This document shows, in pieces, positions 27,653 through 49,419 of a DNA stretch of 64,000 nt; within the stretch, counting starts at the first letter, position 1, and the number at the start of each line of letters is the position of its first letter. The DNA is from Eledone cirrhosa. Taxonomy: Eukaryota. The stretch spans positions 159,092,001-159,156,000 of the forward strand of contig OZ024743.1 in NCBI GenBank assembly GCA_964016885.1, in the 5' to 3' direction. A model generated the notes under the pieces. The model saw only the letters and a list, made by a program, of their open reading frames with translations, was not told the DNA's origin and made no database searches. Position numbers and translations under genes: made by a program.

Positions 27653-28870
27653 TTAAAACCGCATTATTAGAATCAGCCGAAATTCCATTAAGTCTCTTTC
27701 TGTTTCTACCTCTAGTAGATCTGCTGCTGTCTGGTATCCTATCAAAAGGATTAGGGCCAATAATAGGATCAGTAGAAACAGCATTATTAGAATTAGATCT
27801 AGCAAAAGCATCACCAATGAGTGAGCGCTCAGAGGGTTCGACTTGATTCCTAGAGGTATTATATCCCTATTACGAGTCCGGTGGGTTAACTTATGGATGG
27901 GTTCAGATACACCTATGTAATTACTACGATTATCATGCTTCCTACCCCCATTCATGGCCATGTTATGGGATATTATGTTATTATTATTATAAGTAAGCGG
28001 AGACTTTCTAAGGTTACTATTATTATAATGTATTTTACTAGAGTAACCGGAATTAGCTAGGGCATTATTATAGCACGCCGCATGTTCATTAAATGTTCCT
28101 ACGTCCTTAGAAAGTGTGGAAATCCTATTAGATACACCCTTAATTATAGAGCTTATCATAGATTTGGGGTGGTTAGAATTGGGACTAACATAAGAAAGTA
28201 TTTCATTAGGCTTATGGAAGGGTTTAAAACTATTAGTGACCAAGTCCAAAGTCACATCTAAAAAGTTGACCGCTCTATCGTTTCTATCTATCGTGATCGA
28301 AAGGTTATAGCTTTTAAAAAACTTATAAAGCATCTTATTATGCTCGACATTGTTGGTGCTAGAGTTAATCACAAACAATGCATCATCACGATATAGTCCG
28401 CCTTTAAGGTGCGGAAAGGTAACATATATTTCATTTAGGAGAAACAACCCAACAAGATCAGTTACCTGGGCCGAATCACTCGAACCCATTGTAACGTGGA
28501 AATTGTTGGGCGTATTTTTACGGGTCCAAAATGTGTCCTCAAAATTAATGATAGTTCTACGGGCTGCTAGTATAATATCTACCTGTGATCGTGTAAGGCT
28601 GGACACTCTCATGGCCAACATTAAGGCTTTATTGAGGAGGATGGGTGAAATCGATGTGTAGTAGGCATCAATATCGAACTGGATAAACTTATTAGATTCA
28701 AGTTTATCAATCCCAGAGAACCAATCTATAACTTCCTTAGTGTTCCCCCATAGGTTAAAATTAACTTTATCCCTAACATCTGGTATAATAAGGTCAAGGA
28801 TTCTTTTACTGATTATGGCTATATCGGACTTAGAAGGACAGATGAGTCTAACAGAGGGGTTACTAATGAA
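27653..28870 (-). pseudogene. PLE reverse transcriptase (frame stays open upstream of the annotated Met)
   Basis: VRLICPSKS, LWGNTKEVIDWF, FIQFDIDAYYTSI, VTMGSSDSAQVTDLVG, GLYRDD, VNFLDV, SNHP. Confidence 0.92.
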
Positions 28871-29113
28871 GTATTGGCCGATAGTACTTCTTGTGGTTTT
28901 GATTGCCCTGATGAGTCCTTAATATGACGAAACATTGTTGGCTAATAAAGACTTTTGATGTATTGAAAGCTTTGTTTTATTTTCATAATTCTTCGGCTCT
29001 GTTTAATTACATTGAGCTATACATTTTACTGTTATTTCTATAATACGAAGAGGGTGTTTAACTCCAACACGCTCCAGTATTTTAATCCTATATATATATT
29101 ATATATATATATA

Positions 29114-30985
<1,872 letters not shown>

Positions 30986-30986
30986 T

Positions 30987-31035
<49 letters not shown>

Positions 31036-31123
31036 GTATATATATATATATATGTATATATATGTATATATATATATATATGTAAATATATGTATATATA
31101 TATATATATGTAAATATATATAT

Positions 31124-34091
<2,968 letters not shown>

Positions 34092-34093
<2 letters not shown>

Positions 34094-34283
34094 CGAAGGA
34101 AAAGTGGTAAGGAACCAGGTGGACCATAACGCACCAAAGTACTCAATACTTAGGGTAGTAGAGTGGGTAATAGGAACAAGTAAGACCCCCGAAGGCTGAG
34201 CTCAAGCCGTTTCGACAGCTAATTCTGGACTGAATTAGCCGTCGAAACGGCTTGAGCTCAGCCGTCGGGGTCTTACTTGTTCC
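34092..34283 (-). mobile_element. Short TA-flanked element end with partial fold-back; second copy at 42887-43018
   Basis: Near-identical ~130 bp in both places; carries the 3' half of an HHR (GAAA-cggcttgagctcagccg-TC). Confidence 0.75.
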
Positions 34284-34316
<33 letters not shown>

Positions 34317-34441
34317 CAGATTTAATATAGAAATGGCTTCTGCAGGACTAGAACTGTTTCATTGGAAGGAAATCAGCAGGAAAACCCTGATTCATTGAGT
34401 ACCTTGCTTACTGGTAGAACACACACACACACACACACACA

Positions 34442-34515
<74 letters not shown>

Positions 34516-34585
34516 ATATACACATATGAATGTTCGTATTGTATATTTAATACTAAACTGTTTGTTTATTCTAAATCATTTTGAA

Positions 34586-34793
34586 GGCCTTTCGCTATGA
34601 ATTAAAGGTACTGACTTAAGTCACATACCTAGCTTACTTGGAATTCTATAAGAATCCAGCGTCTATATCTCACAGCAAAAACAAGATAACCACCAAACAG
34701 TGAACAACGATCGATCGTCGGTTACCTAACTTTGTTTTTGCTGAAGCTAAGTATGTGACTTTAGTCACTACCTTAAATTCATAGAGAAAAGCC
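34586..34793. mobile_element. Fold-back element related to 15146-15480
   Basis: ~50-bp inverted arms; identical ggaattctataagaatccagc; inner hairpin cagcaaaaacaa/ttgtttttgctg. Confidence 0.7.
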
Positions 34794-35010
34794 ATAAAAA
34801 TGTGACCCGTAACCAGTGATAATTTTGAATGGGTGGAGAAGAAGAAGCAGCAGCAGCAGCAGCAGCAGCGGATTGAGAAGAAGAAGTAGAAGAAGAAGAA
34901 GAAGATATATATATAGTATGGTAAGACGTCACATTTGTAATTTTGTTGAATGAATAAGGTAGTAGGACACAATATATGTCATTTTGGTATGCATTATTTA
35001 ACTCGCACTT

Positions 35011-35200
35011 GCGGTATTTGGCAGTATCGGTAGAGGGTCGCTCGCCATTCTATGAAGCATAGAGTTACCTCCCTGTATGATCTGAGTTCAAACCCCGCCG
35101 AGGTTAACTTTGCCTTTCATCCTTACGGGGTCGATAAAATAAAGTACCAGTAATGCACTGGCTAATTGCTGGCCTTGTGCCAAAAGTAGAAACAATTATT
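35011..35200 (+). mobile_element. tRNA-derived SINE with Meta-domain-like core
   Basis: A-box-like tggcagtatcggt; B-box gagttcaaaccc; core ctttgcctttcatccttacggggtcgataaaataaagtaccag; four copies in the window. Confidence 0.85.
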
Positions 35201-35458
35201 TAACTCGATTCTTTTCCTTGCTACGCAATTTTAGTTACAACTATTTTCTATTACATATAAAAATAATATAACAGAGACTTTTGGTTTGTTATGATGCTGA
35301 ACCATATTGTCAGAGAAATACAAACAGATTGTTTGATCGATAGATTGATACATGTATCTTTCAAGTGAGTGGGAGACACATTCGTAGGGAAACGAGGAAT
35401 ATATATTTAGATAGTGATGTAATGATTATATATATATAGACAGAACTTTAATCTGTTC

Positions 35459-35536
<78 letters not shown>

Positions 35537-35689
35537 TTAACAAGGTATCGTTTAAGGTAACCCAAGCAGAGGTTATGAGTAATCTGTATCGTGGATGGTT
35601 TTAACGTTCGGCGTTGTTTGACTCAACAAGAAGTTTCCTTAGTCGGGTGGCCGATTTAAGAAAGCTCCTAGATAAGCGATTCTTGGAGT

Positions 35690-35873
35690 AATAATAGTTT
35701 CTACTTTTGGCACAAGGCCAGCAATTATCCCAGTGCATTACTGGTACTTTATTTTATCGACCCCATAAGGATGAAAGGCAAAGTTAACCTCGGCGGGATT
35801 TGAACTCAGATCATAAAGGGAGGTAACTCTATGCTTCAAAGCATGGCGCCCAACCCTCTACCGATACTGCCAA
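35690..35873 (-). mobile_element. tRNA-derived SINE, same family
   Basis: Reverse complement of 35011-35200. Confidence 0.85.
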
Positions 35874-35928
35874 TCCAAAGAATGAGTGAAGAATAACGTG
35901 GTCGGTTGTACAATAGTGTTTATTTAAA

Positions 35929-36036
35929 GTATTAACAATTGTTGCATTAGTCCGGTGTGTCTAAAAATCGCTGACCCCTAGAAGCCACTCACTCCATTAT
36001 AATTCTAGTCGATACCCGACCAAATCATCAGAATAC
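35929..36036 (-). ncRNA. Hammerhead motif with GCAA (C13) and expanded stem II, within a probable PLE 3' end (~35533-36650)
   Basis: gtatt-CTGATGA-t-ttggtc...gactaa-t-GCAA-caattg-TT-aatac, then AATAAA. Confidence 0.65.
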
Positions 36037-38233
36037 TGATCTCTGTACATGATATAGTGGACTAGTATTTATAGATACATGGGAGAATAACATAAATGAA
36101 AACCATAATAATAATAACAATAATGATAATAATAATAATAATAATAATAATAGTAGTAGTAGTAGTAGTAGTAGTAGTGATAGTAATAGTAATGGGGGGG
36201 GGGGGTGGCAGTGATGAGGGGATAGAGGCATAAAATAGTAATAACAGTGATAACAATATGGAAAAAATAAGAGAAGTGGTATGAAGAGCTATGATAAGGG
36301 AGATACTTAAGGTAACTTGACAGTGTAATAAAATAGGATCGGACGAGGGGATAGTGGCGGTATTCAAATACAGTGGGGTGAGATGAGTAAAATAGATGAA
36401 GCAGCAAAATATAAAATAAAAAGATACTGATAATAGACGGGTGATTAAAGTTGGGGTATTTTGAAAAGTATTATCCTAATGGAGGAAAAGATTGATGGTA
36501 GTGCTCTGTGTGAGAGGGTGTGTCATCCCATTTTGTTATATATTGCACGCAGATATTACCTAGCTACTGTGAGTAATGGTTGATAGACTGGAGTACAGAA
36601 ACTGCTTTTCATTCCGGGTAATTATATTGGTATATATGATATACCAATATAATTATCCACACGCAGTCGTTTATCCACTGATTAACGTATGTATGCACTC
36701 TGGGTTATCAGCTTGTATTTCGAACGTATAATACCATTGAGTGTGAAAGTGACGGCCGAAGCTGTATCTTCGTGTTTGAAGATAAACGATTGAAACACAA
36801 CACGTTGCTGACCCAAGCATTGTCATGTGTTCTTGAATAAAACCAATTAGTAATCAGTGCTTATCGAAAAATCGTTTTAGTACCATTTGTAACTACACTA
36901 TGTTTTGGTTTGATCATGAATCGTCAGCATGTGCTTTATTTATACTCGTGTAAATGTCTAGATGTCTAAATGGGGTTATTTATAAAATTACAATTTAACA
37001 TCTACTAACGTCATCATTACATATGGACAAGCTCGATCGAAGACGGTAATTTTCGAGAAACCAATGCACAGTGCTAGGTTGTACTTATAAAGTGGGATGT
37101 AATTATGCATATTTTGCAAAATGTTCCTATATTCAAACAACGAGATTTGCAGTGATCTGAAATGCTTGCAAGTAAAATAATTGTTTCGTCTTTGATATCT
37201 AAGTAGTTGTTGCTATTGTTAGGTTCGATTTTAGCTCGTCCGTAATGGGATTTTATCTTTGTTTTAGGTATAATATACCGAGTTTTATATCATCCTGCAT
37301 ACATGGGTTTTATTTGCGTTATATTGTGCCATTTGGAGAGATTTGGTTGGTGTTTCTAGGCTGTAGTATTAGAATGTTTAGCGGCATACGTACCTTGCAA
37401 AATGTAATATTGCTAAGTAATATAGCTGAGACATTTAACTGCTAAGACATTTAATTTTTTTATACACTTTTGAATAAAAATTATACATGAGCTGTGATTT
37501 AACTCAAGAAAAAAATTAATCCAAATTCTTTCTCGATTAAAACTCTAAAAATACACTATCCGAATATTTGTTTTTTAGAATAATATTTATGAAGAAATGT
37601 CACGCAGTGACAGAAATAGACACGCATATACACACATAGATCCTAACTCTCACACACACAGAACCCCCCACCTACATATATATTCATCCACGTCCTATTG
37701 TGGGAGTCAATAATATATCAAGTGAATTCGTGAATTATTGTGTGTGTGTGTGTGTGTGTCTGTGTGTGTAAGTGCGTTTTATTCATCACTGTTCTTATGT
37801 GTTTCTGCGACTCTATATTCTTGTGCATGTGTCTATTTCAATATACATTGATATAGAATTCTTCCTAAAATACTTTGGTGCTTGTCGGGGAGGAACTCCG
37901 GAATATAATGGCTTATTAATGGAGATTCATAGAGTAAAAATCAAACAGAACTAGGTCGGAAATATCAGTTTAAACATCGTTTGGTATGCTTTAATGCAGT
38001 TCGATTTGATAAAGTCAACTCTGAATATGGGCTAAATATAAAAGTAAAGGATAAAACAATTGAGGAAATATTCTCCAATTATCAATAATCGATAAGCATG
38101 GTTCCAATATGTTTGAATATCTTCACCTGGCCGTGTAATCAGAGAGTGGTGTTAGGTAAAATTGCTTCCTACTGATGTGCGTCGCCAATCAGATTTCCGA
38201 TGGTTTACAGGAGAGAATACACCCCCCTTTATA

Positions 38234-38307
<74 letters not shown>

Positions 38308-38371
38308 GTATATATATATATATATCTGTATATATATATATATATATATATCTGTATATAAATGTTTACAC

Positions 38372-38428
<57 letters not shown>

Positions 38429-38486
38429 ACCGATTGTATTGTTAATTGTTTACCTTTTACATACATACACACACACACACACACAC

Positions 38487-38569
<83 letters not shown>

Positions 38570-38592
38570 GAAAGACAGACAGAAAGAAAGAC

Positions 38593-38681
<89 letters not shown>

Positions 38682-39026
38682 CAGAAAGAAAGAAAGACAC
38701 AGAGAGAGAAAAGAGATAGAGCGAGAGAGAGAGAGAGAGAGAGAGAGGTGAACAGACTTGGTCGTTATAGGCGTTGGATGAGAAATTACCTTGATAATTG
38801 GTGCTGCTCACGTACTATGAGTTCAAGACCCAGCGCAGTAGCAGTTAATTTTTTTCTTTTATTCTTTCCTGGTTGAGAAATTACCGTTTCCTTATTTGCG
38901 TTGGATCTTAAATCACCCCCCCCCCCCCCCCCTCTCTGACTGTTTGTCTGACTTTCTCTTTCTCTTTCTTTCTCTGGAAGACATTCGCTATGTTCGGACT
39001 GTGCCCCTATATATATATATATATAT

Positions 39027-41686
<2,660 letters not shown>

Positions 41687-42868
41687 ATCGTTCCTGTGTC
41701 AGTGTTGAACAAAAAGGTGACGTGGTTGCCTTAACACCGTATGGCATAAATTCAGGCTGTTCAGTTTGTTTACAAACGAACAAAGCGACGTTAGCGCCGC
41801 TAAACTGATACGTGCATATATGTATGTGTACCTGTATGCATGTGTATGTATATATGTATATATATATATATATGTGCATGCTACTGTACGTCTGTATACA
41901 TATATGTATGTACGTATACATGCATACTTACATTTAAGTAAGTGCCATACTAAGAGTGAGAAATGAAGTTTCGTTTTCATTTTGTTTCAATTTATCGTTT
42001 TCGGTATGCCTGACCGATTTAACTCACTCAATATGCAAATTAGGCTGCTCAGCCGTTAATTTTCATAAGGAAAGTATATACTTTCGAACGTTCAACTATC
42101 TGGCAGATGGGTAAACGGTGCTGATGATAGCTAACAAGCTTGAAACTAGTACATCGTTCCTGTGTCAGTGTTGAACAAAAAGGTGACGTGGTTGCCTTAA
42201 CACCGTATGGCATAAATTCAGGCTGTTCAGTTTGTTTACAAACGAACAAAGCGACGTTAGCGCCGCTAAACTGATACGTGCATATATGTATGTGTACCTG
42301 TATGCATGTGTATGTATATATGTATATATATATATATATGTGCATGCTACTGTACGTCTGTATACATATATGTATGTACGTATACATGCATACTTACATT
42401 TAAGTAAGTGCCATACTAAGAGTGAGAAATGAAATTTCGTTTTCATTTTGTTTCAATTTATCGTTTTCGGTATGCCTGACCGATTTAACTCACTCAATAT
42501 GCAAATTAGGCTGCTCAGCCGTTAATTTTCATAAGGAAAGTATATACTTTCGAACGTTCAACTATCTGGCAGATGGGTAAACGGTGCTGATGATAGCTAA
42601 CAAGCTTGAAACTAGTACATCGTTCCTGTGTCAGTGTTGAACAAAAAGGTGACGTGGTTGCCTTAACACCGTATGGCATAAATTCAGGCTGTTCAGTTTG
42701 TTTACAAACGAACAAAGCGACGTTAGCGCCGCTAAACTGATACGTGCATATATGTATGTGTACCTGTATGCATGTGTATGTATATATGTATATATATATA
42801 TATATGTGCATGCTACTGTACGTCTGTATACATATATGTATGTACGTATACATGCATACTTACATTTA
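41687..42868 (+). mobile_element. Inverted ~2.5 units of the 466-bp repeat
   Basis: Reverse complement of the array; one substitution noticed near 41968. Confidence 0.9.
42114..42158 (+). ncRNA. Minimal type I hammerhead (second copy at 42580-42624); predicted cleavage after 42151
   Basis: 7-bp stem I, canonical CUGAUGA and GAAA, palindromic ACUAGU stem III, GUA triplet. Confidence 0.85.
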
Positions 42869-43014
42869 TATATATATATATATATAACGAAGGAAATGTG
42901 GTAAGGAACCAGGTGGACCATAACGCACCAACGTACTCAATACTTAGGGTAGTAGAGTGGGTAATAGGAACCAGTAAGACCCCGACGGCTGAGCTCAAGC
43001 CGTTTCGACGGCTA

Positions 43015-43055
<41 letters not shown>

Positions 43056-43229
43056 AAGTGAGTCCTTCATCAGTGACCCTCCAACCGTCCTCGGCATTTC
43101 ATCGCTTTAAGGGCCATATGCCTCAGGTTGGTGCGAACAACGGCTAAAAAAAGTCGTTGGGACACGTAAATAAAGGGGGACGCTAGAGTAACAACAAAAA
43201 GGTTTAATATATATATGTATATATATATG

Positions 43230-43350
<121 letters not shown>

Positions 43351-43356
43351 TATATT

Positions 43357-43427
<71 letters not shown>

Positions 43428-43430
<3 letters not shown>

Positions 43431-45185
43431 GGAAAAATTTGAACAGGGACAAAACAGAGAGGCAGTACAATAAATGTTTATTAATTTCACGCTCAGGAGA
43501 GTGAGGGGTAGGTGGGGGACGACGTTTCGGGCATAAGCCCTTCCTCAGGTGAGAAGTGTGTGGGAACAGAGTTCAAAAGGTGTGTAGGGGAGTGGTGGAG
43601 AGACATATAGCGAAAGGAAACGGTGTGAATGAAAAATTAACAAATAAAGATGAAAAATAAAAATAAAGCATGATCAAAATACAAGGAATGAGAAAATTTA
43701 AAAATAAAGGCATGATCAAAATAAACTGAAATTAAAAGGGGGGTAAACAGGTGGTGGAAGGGTGTGGGGTGAGTAGGGGTGGTGGCGGGTGGAGTGGGGA
43801 GAAAGAGACGGGGTGTCCGAGTGGGGAGGGCTGAAGGTGGTGTGTGTGTAGGTGTGCGTGTGTGTGTATGTGAAAGTAAAGGTTGGGGGAAGAACGGGGT
43901 TGCATTTTCAGGAAGAGGTGTGTGTAGGGGGTGTTTTTGTGGGTCGGAGTGTCTGAGCGTGTGTGGATAGGGGGGTGGGGGGAGAGGAATCAGGAGGCTG
44001 AGGGTGTAAATATGTGGTGGGAAGCACGTGTGTGTGGGGTTTAAGCGTGTTGTGGGTGTGAGTGGCGTGTGGAGAAAAAAAATTTTTTGGGGTGTGTGGG
44101 TGGGTGAGTTATATAGGTGATGACGTAAGAGGATGGTTGAAAAGTTGGTAAGTTCCAAAGATTTTGGAGGATTGGTTATAAGTCAATTTCTGCGTGTGGG
44201 TAATCCATGAAGCGGCGGTCGGAAGAGGTGAGATGTGGGGTGCGCGCGCAACAGTAAGTGGTCAGCAGTGGGAGTGCTGTGGTCTGTTGGTGCTGGAAGG
44301 TGGTCAGAAGGGCATAGCAGCAGTCGGTGGAATGGTAAGGGGGCGAGGATGGGTAGGTGTGAAAATTGGAGTGAGGTGGGTGTGTGTGTGTGTGTGTGTG
44401 TATTAGTAGGAGTGTTAGTGGGATGAGTGAGTGTGAAGCGGGGGTGTGGGTGGAGCGGAGAGAGAAGGGTGTGTGTGGTTCTATGGAGGGAGTGTGGTGT
44501 ACTGGTGTGTGTGTAGTTTGGTGAAGAGGTGTTAGTGGGTGTTAGTATACGGGAGGTGGGGAGGGGTTGAATGCAGGTGTGAGTGGGGGTTAGTGGTGGT
44601 AGGGTGTGTAGAGTTGGTGGTGTACGAGGGTGTGTGGGTACGTGTGCGTGGGGTTGGGGGGGCGTTAGTGATGTTAGTTGCGTGTGGGGTGGGTGGTGTA
44701 AGTGGGTGCGTGTGTGCGTGTGATAAGGAGGGGGGAGGAGGAGAAGAGGGGAGGGAAGGGATGTTAGTATGTTAGTTGGGGAAGGGTGGTCAGATGAGGG
44801 GTGGAGTGGTGGTGTTAGTATTGTTAGTGTGGGGTGGGCGGTGAAAAGGAGGGGTGTGTTAGTGGTGTTAGTGGGGGATAAGTGTGGGGGGGGGGGGGGG
44901 GGAGGGGTGCGGTCGAACGCTAAAGGAATAAGGGTGGGGAGTTCAGGCCGGGGGGCGTGTGGGTCTGTAAGATGAAGATAGTTCGTTGTTCGACCGTAAG
45001 GCGATGGGCGGGTGTTCCGTGGCACTGGAGTAGGCCACAGACTGTGAGATCGCGTGCGGAGTGTCCAGGGCCACCAAAGTGGCGGGCGATGGGGGAACTG
45101 CCCCCGAGACGAATATCCCGGAGGTGCTCCGTGACTCGGTCCGCCAGGCTACGTCCCGTCTGTCCGACATAAGTCGGGTGCACCA
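43428..45185 (-). mobile_element. 5'-truncated PLE: GIY-YIG C-terminal half (44920-45180) and C/A-rich 3' UTR
   Basis: YVGQTGRSLADRVTEHLRDI...IARHF...H...EQRTIFILQTHTPPGLN. Confidence 0.88.
43518..43548 (-). ncRNA. Hammerhead core; stem I partner not adjacent
   Basis: CTGAGGA-a-gggc(ttat)gccc-GAAA-cgtcg-TC, with AATAAA ~40 nt downstream. Confidence 0.65.
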
Positions 45186-45705
45186 TACGTACATATATAT
45201 GTGTGTGCATGTATGTATATATATATATACATACTAATGTACGTCTGTATACATATATGTATGTACGTATACATACTTATATTTAAGTAACAGCCGTACT
45301 AAGAGTGAGAAATGAAATTTCGTTTCTTTTTTTTCCGTTTATCGTTTTCGGTACCCCGGCCGATTAACTCACTCGATATGCAAATTAGGCTGCTCAGCCG
45401 TTAATATGCATAAGGAAAGTATATACTTTCAGACGTTCAATCATCTGACAGGAATGTATACGTTGCTGACGATAGCCAATAAGCTTGAAACAAGTACATC
45501 TTTCCTTTGTCAGTGTTGAACAAAAGAGCAACGATGGTTGCTAGACACTGTACGGCTTAATTCAAGATGTTTGTTTACAAACACACCGAGCATTATAATA
45601 AATGTTCGGTGAATCCATACGTACATATATATATATATATGTGTGCATGTATGTATATACATACTACTGTACGTCTGTATACATATATGTATGTACGTAT
45701 ACATA

Positions 45706-45710
<5 letters not shown>
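45183..45710 (+). mobile_element. Older, diverged retrozyme-like copy (~432-bp unit, ~1.2 units) with HHR at 45462-45500
   Basis: ccatacgtacat recurs at 45183 and 45615; CTGACGA-t-agc(caataa)gct-t-GAAA-caag-TA-catc. Confidence 0.8.
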
Positions 45711-45777
<67 letters not shown>

Positions 45778-45870
45778 TATAGAGAAAAATACTGCAGGTA
45801 GCACATGGTAACATGTAATAAAATACGTCCCTCATCAGTGATTTGCCGAAGATCATAGATATTTCATTGC

Positions 45871-45933
<63 letters not shown>

Positions 45934-46751
45934 TGTATTCTTATCAAACAAACCTCGTGTGTTACTAATGGTACTAAGATTGAAACGTGTCCGTACCTTT
46001 CATCCAGTTGGTTTTCTTAGACAAGCGCAACGTCTATTGCATTAAAACTATTCACCTACTCTTGGATTACTTTAGTCCTTAGGTGTTCACTCTATTTGAT
46101 GCTTCTTAACATCCGATCACGCTGATATGGCGTTCATTTGAAATTGCCAGAATAGCCTCATTTTATTGGATTTTTTTCATTACTCACCACATTCAGAATT
46201 TGATGGTCTCTCTCTCTACCCAGTCTATATTATAATCAGTTGATATATATTATAATCAGTCGATTATCTGTACCTGTACTTAGAACCAGGTATACTGGAA
46301 TGTTGACAGTTTTAGTCTTTTGATCATGGACAAAATACTGTGAACTTTACCACACAGTGGTATCTACTTAGGGCTACATAGACTGAACTGTTTGCCGTTA
46401 AATGCCATGTTCACAGACAACATAGCATCAATATATGAACTAATTACACTCATCTCGTTATCCGAGCTCTCTGTCACAGTATAAATACAGAATTCATATA
46501 TGGAGCCATATACAATATTCTATATATAATAAACATACATATGTGAGTTTTAAGCTATGAACATATAATATTCGCAATGGTACCGTGTGTCTTGTGCACG
46601 TATTTCATGGATATATATCCATCATCACCGAATGCTTACTTACTCCGAGATACTAAGGTATGAAAAACTTGTAAGCTTATTTATATATAGTGAAATCTAG
46701 AATGGTTAATACAAATTAGCGGTAGTACGCCCGTCATTAAGTACGTATAGG

Positions 46752-46940
46752 GCGGTGTATTGGCAGTATCGGTAGAGGGTCAGACGCCATGCTTTGCAGC
46801 AAAGAGTTACGGCCCTTTATGGTTTGAGTTCAAATCCCGCCGAGGTTAACTTTGCCTTTCATCCTTCCGGGGTCGATAAAATAAAGTACCAGTAATACAC
46901 TGGTTAATTTCTGGCCTTGTGCCAAAAGTAGAAACAATTA
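46752..46940 (+). mobile_element. tRNA-derived SINE, same family as 35011
   Basis: A box, B box gagttcaaatccc, same core and tail. Confidence 0.85.
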
Positions 46941-47344
46941 ATTACGTATACCAATTTACACTCAAGAAGGTTCTAAAATAATATAAATGCCTGTAACTCT
47001 GCCAACGAACACGTTTATCTTTGTATACTCGAACACACAGATATGCACACATACAAAAACACACACATACATATGTATGTGTTTGTTTGTGCACGCGCGC
47101 GCGCGTGTGTGTGTGCATACATGTTAGAATGTATCTGCGTTTGCGTTTAGACTGTTGCTGTGTATCAGTTGTCTCTTTATGTCCTGTAAATTAGTGGTTC
47201 TTAAAATATACACTAATAAAATACGTACCAAATTGAAACAGGTATTGGAGTAGATGTAAGGAAGTAAACACTCGAATTCGGTATCCCAGCATAACAGCAA
47301 ACCAATGATTAAGTAACATTACTACATGTATACATATACACACA

Positions 47345-47452
<108 letters not shown>

Positions 47453-49419
47453 TAAATATATACATACATACATACATACATATATATATATATATAGATA
47501 TATATTGTTATACTTGGGGAGGGTCATATTTGTGTAATAATAGTGCCAGAATTAATAATATATATATATATATAATATAAAATACATACTGTATATGTGT
47601 ATAAATACTTTTTGTATATATATACATCTTTGTCTACAAAACTTGGAAAAAACTTGCTTTGTCTTCCATCAATTGTAAAACTGGAAGTTTGAAATCTGGA
47701 TGTTATCTCACACGAATTGTAACATTCCTTGCAGTTGCATGATTAATCTAATGATAATAGTGAGCTTTGCTGATGAAATATATAATAGGAAATTAAAAAA
47801 ATTGCCTCACGCACTTTCCAAGAATAGATTGAATATATTTTGTGAATCAAGAGTAAGTTATTTAATCGTACTCGTAAAGACCTCTTCACAATGCTATTCT
47901 AAACATTGGTTTCAATTGAAACACGACGGCTATATAGTGATTTCTTACGAGCATGACTATATGGTGAAAAGTATTTTTTACGAGTAGAGAGAAAAGCTCA
48001 AAAGCCAAAATAATCGAATAAAGCAAACATATTTTCTACGAAATGCTTAAACACAAAGTGCATTGAATATGCAAGCACCACCATGAGTATTTTAATTAAA
48101 TTGGAACTCGGTGTATATATGCTGCAAAATAAATGAAAGACAGGATTTATTCCGGCGAAAGCATTTTCTCTCATTGTTTGGTGTAAATATAAAAGAATTT
48201 TGTGAATCATGTAAAATCCCATGTATTTTTTATCTAACACTACAAAAACAAACTTCTATTTAATCTAATGTTTAATAGCAATTTTCAGGATGTGCATAGA
48301 GAAAGACGCTCACTTGCACACGCACACACATAGACACACACACATATACATACGTATATATATATATATTAACAGAACGTCTCCTCGCGGAACATGTTTC
48401 TGAATAGTGAGATTATCTATTTCGAAACTGATAAAGCGTCTGTTAGATTACAATACAAACACACACATAACCACCCATGTCTGCAATGGTATACAAAAAA
48501 CACGAAATCTCACCGAAAATAGCAACAAACATCTATTACAAAATAATCATTTTACATAATCTCGGGTAAAATTATTGGTCTTCAAAAAGCTTCACAAATC
48601 GCAGAGCACCAACATCAGCGCAGGGGCGTAGACATGACAATTGTAAAAAGATATTGTTTAGAAGAAAATTGGTTAAGGAAAAGAATGAAAGAAATCAATA
48701 AAAGATATAAGAAAGGAGAGAGAAGATACGTATTAGGGGAGAAGAGCTCCAAAGAAAATGGAACTCTAAATATGTATAAAACATAAAAATAAACCTAAAT
48801 GTTGAAATTAAGAATGAAAATAGCAAAATGCTGACTTGATGGAAAAAAATCTTGACATGTCATCAATTTAATAGTTACCTACTAATCTCAGCTGTACATA
48901 AATACATTATTGAGGTGACATTTTAATATTTGGTTTACAGCACCACCTGAACACCTGCATACGCTCAAAGAAAGAATCCATGACGTTTATATTAATTCAA
49001 TAGGAAATGATGCAGCAATATATCAATTTGCCTTCAGATTAGAAACCTAGTGCAAATGTTTGCAACAGTGCGTAGTCTAAGGTAAAGACAACCAAAGACA
49101 AAATAGCTATAAACTGGGCGCATAGACATAACCGGCAGATGTTGATTAGATTAAAGAAAGTTCTTGTTTGTCCATTGTGTGGATAATACTTATGAATGTC
49201 AATTAAATGCACATAACATGCCGCTGTTAACAGGGATGCTGCATATTGTGCGTGTTGATCACATAGTTGGCAAGATAAAAACAAGTTTATAGAATATGAC
49301 GGCTCAATTGAAAAACATCCGAATGCACTAGTTTCAAGATGGATCAGAAATAAGGGAAGACAACTCTCGTTACAGTAAATGTAATTTTATTTTAGTATTT
49401 GCAGAATGTCCATATAAAA

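Larger units (their letters stand above)
25014..29088 (-). mobile_element. Largest PLE: 5'-truncated RT, GIY-YIG and long 3' UTR, with an inverted terminal copy at 28871-29088
   Basis: 25014-25134 is the inverse of 28871-28989; (TA)n on both flanks; HHR in both termini. Confidence 0.93.

Noticed and set aside
35011-35100. tRNA gene
   Set aside because: A and B boxes belong to a multi-copy SINE head; no cloverleaf
38152-38811. 219-aa ORF starting [12 protein letters not shown] as a host gene
   Set aside because: Starts at a non-ATG codon and is almost entirely microsatellite
43637-45025. 173- and 280-aa Pro/Thr/His-rich ORFs
   Set aside because: Low-complexity C/A-rich PLE 3' UTR downstream of the GIY-YIG stop
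45960-46000. Hammerhead-like ctaatgg...gaaacgtgtc
   Set aside because: Core and stems too degenerate
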